Below, in pieces: positions 45,113-52,883 of a stretch of DNA of 64,000 nucleotides. This DNA comes from a virus: positions 32,001-96,000 of IMG/VR virus record IMGVR_UViG_3300034159_000051; one strand, written 5' to 3'. The translations under genes and the position numbers were made by a program. How positions within the stretch are numbered: the stretch's first letter is position 1; the number at the start of each line of letters is the position of its first letter. The notes beneath the pieces are model-generated. The model was not told the DNA's origin, did no database searches, and was given only the letters and a program-made list of their open reading frames with translations.

Positions 45113-45874
45113 GCGACAATCCAAAATTCGAGACGTGGTGCTGCTTGGCCAAAAGCGCGATCACGATGGACGGCAAACCGCTCCCGTTGGTGACGGAGCT
45201 GCTCTACAAGGTCTGCAACGACGACCCAAAAAAGTTCGATCGCGCTCTGGCTATGCTTCGCGCGGCGTTTGAGGCCGGGGAAAAAGCGGCCGCACCGGTC
45301 AAGGAAGGCCAGTCATGAGCGAAGGAATCGAAGCGGCTGTCATCCAGGAAGAACTCGCGAAAAAAATCGGGCGGCTCTGGATGCAAGTGAAGCCGTCGCC
45401 AGACGCGCAAAAGATCAGGGCGCGGCTCTCTACGGCCTTCGATGGCGAAGAGTCAAAGGACGGATGGCTCGGAGACAACCTTCCGGATCATGTATGGAGC
45501 CTTGTCGATATCGCAGTTCAGGCTGGAATCGGCCACGCTAACGCGGAGGCTCCGTGGCTCGCATGCGAGAAATGCGGTGAGGAGCACGAGCCGAACATCG
45601 CGGAGATTTTTAAAACGCACGTTTCCCGAATCTACGAACAGGCGGCGGAGGCCGAACGCAGGGCTTCTGCGGCCGAGTGCAGAATCGCAGAGCTGGAGGC
45701 GGCCGGGAGGGCTCTTTACGATCACGCCGTCGATGTCCGCATCCACCAGGACGGATTTTACTATGCGTGGTGGAATAAGTTTTCGCCAGACAGCCGGGAA
45801 AGGCTGAAAACCCTTCGGATCGGGCTTATGGCTGCGTGCGCAAAATGGCGCGCCGCCATGAAAGGCAGGAAAGC

Positions 45875-46387
45875 ATGACGGTTTTCAGCGGACGAACCCT
45901 CCGAAAGGCCGGTATTTTCGAACCATTCTCAGAGCGAAGGCTGGACAGAGCGTCGGGCATGACCGCCGGCCTGTCGCTATGCGGGTACGATATCTGCATA
46001 GACGGAGACACGACGGTTTATCCTGGATTCACAGTCCTTGCGGGATCGCGCGAGCGCTTCGCCATCCCGAAACAGGCGATGATCGTCATTTGCGACAAGA
46101 GCACCTTGGTAAGAGAGGGCATTTTCGTCAAAAACACGGTGGCGGAGCCTGGGTGGTCCGGTTGGTTGACGCTGGAGCTTTCCTACGCTCCGCTCATCCA
46201 TCCCAATGATGGATTCTTTAGGGTTCTCGGTAAGCGTCTCCTTTTGGCGACCGGTTTTTATCCGCCGTACATCTTGAAGGCGGGAACGCCGATCGCCCAG
46301 GTGATCGCTCACGAAATCGACCTTCCGACGGAAGGCTATTGCGGCAAATACCAGGACCAAAAGCGCGGCCCGCAGCCGGCGCGCTAG
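45875..46387 (+). CDS. dcd: dCTP deaminase / dUTPase family protein
   Basis: GLSLCGYD, DKSTLVREG, NTVAEPGWSGWLTLE, PIAQV and Y.GKYQ.Q motifs. Confidence 0.85.
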   Translation: MTVFSGRTLRKAGIFEPFSERRLDRASGMTAGLSLCGYDICIDGDTTVYPGFTVLAGSRERFAIPKQAMIVICDKSTLVREGIFVKNTVAEPGWSGWLTLELSYAPLIHPNDGFFRVLGKRLLLATGFYPPYILKAGTPIAQVIAHEIDLPTEGYCGKYQDQKRGPQPAR

Positions 46388-46398
46388 ACCGCGGCTGT

Positions 46399-46427
46399 TT
46401 GCCTTTCCTCGGAAAATCGTCTATATT
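46399..46427 (+). promoter_or_regulatory. Sigma70-type promoter
   Basis: TTGCCT-17 nt-TATATT. Confidence 0.65.
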
Positions 46428-46454
46428 CAAACCCATAAACAAGGGATCAGAACA

Positions 46455-47153
46455 TTGAGCCAGCATGAATCTCTCACCTTGCTCGATCATGTTGTCGAGC
46501 ACGAGCGCCTTCAGGCCATCATCAACGACCTCAAGGCCGATCAGAAATCCGTCATCAAGGCGGCCCGCGCGCAGGGCTTTGATTCAAAAGGGTTTCGCGA
46601 GGTCATCAAATACTATCGCATGAGCGAAAGCGAGCGCGAGGAGTTTGAGGCCATTCGCGAGCTTATGATGCGCGAAATGGGCTGGCTGGCGGACACGCCA
46701 CTCGGCTCCGCCGCTATCCGCCGCTTTGAGAACGCCTACCTTCCAAAATCGCCTGAGAACGGCGCCAACGGCCATTCTGGGCCGCAGGAAGGCGGAGAAG
46801 CCCCAGAAGGCTCCGACGCCGCCCCGAAGCGTCCGGGCCGCGCACCGGCCGTCCCAAGGCCACCAGAAAAGACTCAAGAGGAAAAGGAGGCTGAACTTAA
46901 GGAAGAGTTCAGATTAGCTCTTGAGGCCGGGACTGAAGCCGGAAAGCAGTGGGTCGAAAACGGGCAAGACCCAAAATATGGCTTTTTAAGCAACCCGTAT
47001 CTTGGGTTTAACCCGTGTCGCCTTGAATGGGCCAAGGGTTGGCGCTCCGCAACGGGAAGCGATGGCATGGAGTTGCCGCCACACCTCAAAAGTAAAAAGA
47101 AACCCAAAAAGAAGAAGGACGACGACAAAAAAGACGGGAAGGATGGGGAATAA
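46455..47153 (+). CDS. GapR (DUF2312)-like nucleoid protein with C-terminal extension
   Basis: VEHERL...DQKSV..AARAQGFDSK..REVI...ERE.FEA; LADTPLG.AA motif. Confidence 0.7.
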   Translation: MSQHESLTLLDHVVEHERLQAIINDLKADQKSVIKAARAQGFDSKGFREVIKYYRMSESEREEFEAIRELMMREMGWLADTPLGSAAIRRFENAYLPKSPENGANGHSGPQEGGEAPEGSDAAPKRPGRAPAVPRPPEKTQEEKEAELKEEFRLALEAGTEAGKQWVENGQDPKYGFLSNPYLGFNPCRLEWAKGWRSATGSDGMELPPHLKSKKKPKKKKDDDKKDGKDGE

Positions 47154-47974
47154 TGAAAGATTTGACCCCCCTTTACAGGGACATCGAAAAGCTATTGCGT
47201 GAGATCGTCACCCAGCACGGCAAAGCTCTTATCGAGACGCAAAGCGAGTACGGCGCCGGCGCAATCTCCATCAACGTCACAGCGAAAGTTGGAATCGGCG
47301 GGAAAAACCATGAATTCTCACTCACGCTGGATGTGGACCGGGACGACAAAGACGAAACCGACGACGATGACGACGAAGAGGAGTGCTCCGGAGAATGGAA
47401 AATCCAGTAAAAATTGTGTCTCGCCCGACCCTCGAAATCAAGGTCACGCGCGGGGATACCCTGGAAACAAACAGCGACGTCCAGGTGTGGGTGAACGATT
47501 TTCTTTTTGTCTCAATCCATTATGATTGGCGCTTCACCTCAAACGCTCATCAATGGGATCTGGGAGAGCAAATCGCTGGTGCTCTAAGGAAGGCCGTCAA
47601 AGAGCACCCTGGGGTATCGTAGCCGTCCGGTTTTTGTGGTATCGTGGCTGGATTAAAAGAAAGGGATCAGATGACAAAAGAAAAACCAGTGAAGCCGCCG
47701 CGCGGCGTTGTCGCCATCATCGCCGGTCCGGATGGCCACGTTTGGGCGACCGCCAATGATTTCAACGATTACAGCCGAGACCGAGATAGCGAACAGCTCT
47801 GGGCGCAAACAATAAAAGTGAAGGAATTTGTCGCCTTCGAGCTTTTTAATCGGTCATGTAACCAGAATATCATCGGCGTAATTGAAGCGCACGAGCGCGA
47901 GGCCTTTATGCAGAGGCTCATTAGCAAAAGAGGCTTTCGCCTCACCATTCAAGCAATCGGCTACGAGGGATCAG

Positions 47975-48970
47975 ATGACAAGCAATTATAGGCGACCTAG
48001 CGATCTTCCGGGGCGCTACGCCCCAAGAGGCGGCGCCGCCGACGACAAAAAGACGGCGATGCAGCGCCAAGAAGAAAGAATCAAAGAGATCCTGGGGCCT
48101 TGGTGCACCGTCAAAGACAAGAATCCGCCGCATCCTATTTTCCCGCGCCATGTCCGTGATTCTCTTCAGAAATGGATGATCGAACTCACGCCCGAGGCGG
48201 CGGCCGGACTAAAAGCGCTCAAAACTGAGCCCAGGCGGTCCGCCCTGCTTCACGGGAAACCGGGAACAGGAAAAACCTCTTATACGCACACATTCGCGGC
48301 GCATATGGGGCTTCCCCTGGCGATCGTCGATTCCAACCGCGTCATTGAAAAATGGGTAGGAGAGTCGGCGGCGAACTGCGGGCGTCTCCTCAAGGCGATG
48401 GATAGCGTCTACGATCAATGCCTCATTTTCTTCGATGAGATCGACGCCCTGGCGACGGCGCGAACCGGCGAGGGCGGGGCATCCAGAGAGCGCGAGCAGG
48501 CCATGAACGTTCTCATGACCGGTCTGGAGGATTACAAGGGCATCTGGGTCGCAGCCACCAACCTTGAGTCGAACCTGGACGGCGCATTCTGGCGGCGTTT
48601 CAATTTGCAGGTCCATATTCCGATGCCAGGGCCTGCGGAGCGCTTTGCAATCATCCGAATGTACGCGGAGCCGCTTTATCCAAGCGATGACGCCACCCAG
48701 CTTTTGGTCGACGCCACCGCAAACGCATCGCCGGCGCTCATCAAGGATTTGATCCAAGGCGTGAAACGAAACATCGTTTTGTGGCCGATGATCTACCCAG
48801 GCCGCGAGTTGATCCCATCTGATCTATTTAGGGATGTCATCACCTCCCTCTCTCCGCCTCCAAAACAAGAAAAGCCGCCGCTATGGCTTACGGAGAGCGC
48901 CGTTGACGATCTCGATAGAATGGACTGGCCCTGGCGGGATACGCCGCCCGAAGGAGAAGACGAGGAATGA
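47975..48970 (+). CDS. AAA+ ATPase
   Basis: GKPGTGKT, KWVGES, FFDEIDA, ATN and LD.AFWRRF motifs; GAGGGATCAG-ATG start. Confidence 0.92.
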   Translation: MTSNYRRPSDLPGRYAPRGGAADDKKTAMQRQEERIKEILGPWCTVKDKNPPHPIFPRHVRDSLQKWMIELTPEAAAGLKALKTEPRRSALLHGKPGTGKTSYTHTFAAHMGLPLAIVDSNRVIEKWVGESAANCGRLLKAMDSVYDQCLIFFDEIDALATARTGEGGASREREQAMNVLMTGLEDYKGIWVAATNLESNLDGAFWRRFNLQVHIPMPGPAERFAIIRMYAEPLYPSDDATQLLVDATANASPALIKDLIQGVKRNIVLWPMIYPGRELIPSDLFRDVITSLSPPPKQEKPPLWLTESAVDDLDRMDWPWRDTPPEGEDEE

Positions 48971-49370
48971 CAACCCCATCCAGAACGCCGCGAGATGTTA
49001 TGAAGGCGCCTGGGAGTGTCCGGGCCGCTCTAGAGCGCAAAACGGCTGCGCCTCCAGAAAATCCCGCATTCGAGCCGTACCAAAGGCCGGGCGGCTTCAA
49101 GGGCGGCCCCAAAAAAAGCAGGCACTTTGACGAGCCGGATTATATCCGGCCGTTCATCCTCGCGACCCAAGACGGCAAGCCCAGCGCCGATCGTGGCGTA
49201 GGGATCGCGCGCGATTGCGTCGGCGGCGTGTGCGCCGGTGCGCAACCGAATGTCACAATCCTTTATCCGAGAGGAGGGAAGGGAGTCCCGGTCGTCGGGG
49301 ACTGGAGAGACATATATAGATGGTGGATCAAAGGCTATCCGAAATGCAAGCTCCCGGTTTAGCCGCTGGC

Positions 49371-49399
49371 TTGCGTAGCGATTAAGCGGAGGTTATAGT
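49371..49399 (+). promoter_or_regulatory. Sigma70-type promoter of the guide-array operon
   Basis: TTGCGT-17 nt-TATAGT immediately before the first stem-loop unit. Confidence 0.7.
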
Positions 49400-49530
49400 C
49401 TTTGAAAGAGGGTCGGCCCAGAGAACATATCCATTCATAGGCCGTATTGCGGTTGCCGACTTTCTTTCAAAGCCGCGCCGGGGCCAAGCGCTGCCTGTAA
49501 CCCGATACCGGTTTTCTCTGGCGCGGCTTT
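49400..49530 (+). ncRNA. Two leader dual-spacer stem-loop units
   Basis: stem-GGCCC-AGAGAACAT-loop-TATTGCGGT-TGCC-stem; stem-GGCCA-AGCGCTGCC-TGTAACCCG-ATACCGGTT-stem. Confidence 0.65.
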
Positions 49531-49551
49531 GAACAAACGAAAGGGATCAGA

Positions 49552-50346
49552 ATGGAACACAACAAAGCAACGGAGACGCCAAGGTTCGCTACGCCTCCGG
49601 TGTTTGCCGTCTCTCAATTCGAAAAACAGCGCATGCTCATCCTCCATGCATGGTATTCCGATTTTATCGCTGAGGGCGGCAAGCCGGTTGAATTTATGCG
49701 CGAGGTTATCGTGCGTATCCACCGCGTTCAGACCGTTTTTGACGGCAAGCTGTCCGTCAACGCGTTGTTCGAACCCATCCCGCCCCGGGCGGATGATAAC
49801 CCCTTCGATTCCTCTTCGGCTGGCCCGGTTTCTGGCGCCGACGGCCACACCACCAACGCCAGCCGATCCCCCAATGAGCAGGGCCGAAAGGATGGCGCCG
49901 AAAGGCTGGTCGCTGATCGCCCTGCTCAGCATGAAAGCGCCTCCGGCCAGGAAGCAGACGCTCAAGGTCGCGAGCCGAGCGCCGGAAGCGCTCCCCAAGA
50001 CGGCGGGCGAGGTCATAATGACCTTGCCGGCAACGGCCGCCACGTTAGCGCCTCGCCCGTCCGTCGAAACACCGGTCCCAATGAGCTGCAGCGGGAAATC
50101 GCCCGAGAAGTCGCCCAATCGGCCGCCAAGACGATCCTGGAAACATTCCGGTTCGCGAACGGGTCCGCCCTCGGCGAGGTTTATCTTAACGACCTCGAAA
50201 ACTACGAGATGAAAAGCTCCGTTGACGCCTTTGTCGCCCGGCAAATCCGGCTCGCGTTCAAAGGCCACCCAAATTGCCGGGTCAAGGAGCTGCCTCTTGG
50301 GACCATTGAGGCGATCGTCAGCCGAGCCAACAAAGAGGCCGAGTGA
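49552..50346 (+). CDS. Hypothetical protein whose central linker is encoded by four guide-like units
   Basis: AAGGGATCAGA-ATG start; globular-looking ends; stop overlaps the start of the Nop-domain gene. Confidence 0.7.
   Translation: MEHNKATETPRFATPPVFAVSQFEKQRMLILHAWYSDFIAEGGKPVEFMREVIVRIHRVQTVFDGKLSVNALFEPIPPRADDNPFDSSSAGPVSGADGHTTNASRSPNEQGRKDGAERLVADRPAQHESASGQEADAQGREPSAGSAPQDGGRGHNDLAGNGRHVSASPVRRNTGPNELQREIAREVAQSAAKTILETFRFANGSALGEVYLNDLENYEMKSSVDAFVARQIRLAFKGHPNCRVKELPLGTIEAIVSRANKEAE
49818..50060 (+). ncRNA. Four dual-spacer stem-loop units inside the CDS
   Basis: Same stem-GGCCN-9nt-loop-9nt-CGCC-stem grammar as the downstream array. Confidence 0.75.
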
Positions 50347-51209
50347 TGGGCGAGGATATCGAAAGGCTCGTCGAGCAGATCCGCTATTGGCACCGGCAGC
50401 GCTGTTTCGCGATGGAACAGCGCAAGCGATCGGTTTTGGCCACGGCGGCTTTTTTGCGCATCGACCTCGGCTGGAACCCGGACCTTCCTAAAAAAGAGCG
50501 CGACGTCATCTCCGCCAAGGCGCTCGACATGCTTAAGCCGGGCGGCGTCGCCCCAGAACATCCTATGTTCGAAATGATCATGGCCTCCCATGCCGCGCGG
50601 GCGCCGTTTCTCGGCGTAGAGACAAAGGCGACGAAACAAATGGAAGCGCTCGCCAAGACGTTGCCGGTCTGGAACGCATGGGCGCGCGACGTCCGGGCGT
50701 TCGGCCCGCGATCGCTTGCCGTCATTGTCGGAGAGGCTGGAGACATTGGCTCCTACAGCACGCATTCGAAGCTTTGGAAACGCATGGGCCTCGCCGTCAT
50801 CAACGGCGTGCGGCAGGGCGGCCTGAAAAAGACGGCCAAAGCCTCGGAATGGATCGAGCACGGCTACAACGCCAAGCGCCGCGCATCGTCCTTTGTGATC
50901 GGAGATTGCCTTGTGAAGCAGGGCGCGGAGTTCCGCGAAGTCTATCTCGCCAGGAAGGAATATGAGCGCGCCAAGGCCATCGAGCGCGGTCTGATCGTTG
51001 CGCCGGCCGCCAAGATCCCAAAAGGCCAGGAGGAGCATTACATCTCCGACGGCCACATCCATAAGCGCAGCCAGCGCTACATGGAAAAGAAGCTCCTGCG
51101 CCGGTTATGGCAGGAATGGCGGAAGATCGGCAGGGAGGACATGACCCAACCTGGAGACGCCGACATCCCGCCGCTCGCTATGGAGCGCGTTAACGAGATC
51201 GCCGCATGA
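50343..51209 (+). CDS. Nop-domain RNA-binding protein, TIGR-TasA-like (IS110 C-terminal homolog, no nuclease domain)
   Basis: Coiled coil, then VRAFGPRSLAVIVGEAGDIGSYSTHSKLWKRMGLAV (Transposase_20/Nop-like), GYN..R and GHIHKRSQRYMEKKLL..LW..WR; no RuvC/DEDD or HNH domain visible; adjacent array. Confidence 0.85.
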   Translation: MMGEDIERLVEQIRYWHRQRCFAMEQRKRSVLATAAFLRIDLGWNPDLPKKERDVISAKALDMLKPGGVAPEHPMFEMIMASHAARAPFLGVETKATKQMEALAKTLPVWNAWARDVRAFGPRSLAVIVGEAGDIGSYSTHSKLWKRMGLAVINGVRQGGLKKTAKASEWIEHGYNAKRRASSFVIGDCLVKQGAEFREVYLARKEYERAKAIERGLIVAPAAKIPKGQEEHYISDGHIHKRSQRYMEKKLLRRLWQEWRKIGREDMTQPGDADIPPLAMERVNEIAA

Positions 51210-52128
51210 GCGGCGCGCGGGAGGCCAGTTCAGCTACGCCGAGCGGCCGCTTGGTTATCGCCTCCCGCGACTCGGTTAAGCAGGGCCAGCGTACTGACGC
51301 CGAGAGGCTGGTTATGGATCGCCCTGCTTTCGAATCAGGAGAGGCCATTGGCTAAGAGCCGCAAGGACATACTGCATCCGCCTCTCCTTTCCTTTTTCTC
51401 GGGTCACAGCAAACGAGCCGATAGGCCACGTCAACCTTTCCCGAGAATCCGGTTAAGCAGGGCCTTGCCAATAGATCCGAAAGGCCATGGTCCGGACGCC
51501 CTGCTTTCCCTTTTGCGAGGCCCAACACCAGCCGCCGAAAGGCCATCCTTTCTGCGCCTCGCAATCCCTTTTCCTTGGGCCAATACGTTCGCGCGAAAGC
51601 CAAGCTCGCATCGCCCAAGGTTCCCACTTTGCGAGGCCAAACTCGCGCTGCCGAAAGGCCATGGTTTCAGCACCTCGCAATCCCCTATGGGCGGGTCCAA
51701 GTCTCGTCGCCGCAAGGCCGAGGACCGAATTCCCGCCCAACCCAACGACGGAAGGCCAGCGATCGCGCTCCATCGAAGGTCATCGAATTGGCGCCTTCCG
51801 TCCCCCTCATTCAAAGTTTGCCGGGCCATTCATGAATTGCCGCACAGCCAAAGAGCTAACGCCCGGCGCCTTCTTTGTAGGGCCAGAACTATCGCGCCGG
51901 AAGGCCGCGTCGACTCTGCCCTGCAAAACTATTTCGCGAGGCCAGCTAGCGATTGGCGAAAGCCCAAACCAAAAACGCCTCGCGATCCTCAACGACGGAA
52001 GGCCATATTACGCGCGCGCTACAGCGCCATGGACTTTTCGCCTTCCGTCTTTCTATTCAGAGTTTGCCAGGACAGCCTTCTAATGCCTAACGGCCACCCC
52101 TGCTTTTCCTGGCGCTCTTCACAAGAGT

Positions 52129-52205
52129 GGTCCCGTAGCTCAACTGGACAGAGCGCCAGCCTTCTAAGCTGGGTGTTGGGGGTTCAAGTCCCTCCGGGAT
52201 CGCCA
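52129..52205 (+). tRNA. tRNA-Arg(TCT), embedded in the array
   Basis: GGTCCCG acceptor stem; CCAGC-CTTCTAA-GCTGG anticodon arm; GGTTCAAGTCC; encoded CCA. Confidence 0.95.
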
Positions 52206-52583
52206 ACCCTTTGCCGGGCCGGATTACTATCGCCGCAAGGCTATCCACGAAGCGCCCGGCGATCCCTTTGCGAGACCTCCATACGGATGCCGAAAGGCCA
52301 AAAATGGGACGTCTCGCATCCCTACAGCCCGGCCACCTCCTGCGCGCCGAGAGGTCAGTCAAACCACGCCGGGCTACTTCTTGCAGGGCCAAATCAGATG
52401 CGTCGAGAGTCCATTTTTCCGGCCGCCCTGCATCCTATCCGCTTCGGCGGGCGCGCGGCCGCGGATGGAAAGTCGAAAGGCCGCCCTTGTCTTGCCGCGC
52501 GCAACCCTTTGCCGGGCCACTGCCTAAGCGCCGAAAGGTCAGGTTATCACTGCCCGGCGATTCATTTACAAGGATGCGATTTC

Positions 52584-52883
52584 TTGAACGACTTTCCGAA
52601 AGCTCTCAATGAATGGCAATCCAAGCTCTACGATCTCGGATACCCGGGGCCTTATGAAGCGGGATCGATGATGATTGCCGCTACGCGAAAAAGAAGAATC
52701 GATAATTTTAGCCTTGTTAGATATTCCCCCAGGGACTGGCATGCCGAAGTAACATTCAAGCCCGACCAAAGGCCGGCAACTGTTGATCACCCTTATGGCT
52801 CCCTTGAGGGAAAGGGCAAGACCCCAGAAGAAGCCGTCGCAAATCTCATGATTGCGCATCCTGAACTTTGGCGGGTAGCATAA
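52584..52883 (+). CDS. Small hypothetical protein inserted in the array
   Basis: AAGGA then a TTG start; non-repetitive; ends GKTPEEAVANL, like 21191-21565 (GATPEEAVADL). Confidence 0.6.
   Translation: MNDFPKALNEWQSKLYDLGYPGPYEAGSMMIAATRKRRIDNFSLVRYSPRDWHAEVTFKPDQRPATVDHPYGSLEGKGKTPEEAVANLMIAHPELWRVA

Noticed and set aside
50343-51209. IS110 insertion sequence / active transposase
   Set aside because: No N-terminal DEDD RuvC domain or catalytic serine loop is visible; the gene is coupled to a phage operon and followed by many guide units rather than one bridge RNA
51348-52883. 511-aa ORF spanning the array
   Set aside because: It runs through GC-rich hairpin units and a complete tRNA gene and has a P/R/S-rich, non-protein-like composition; only the last 99 codons look like a real gene
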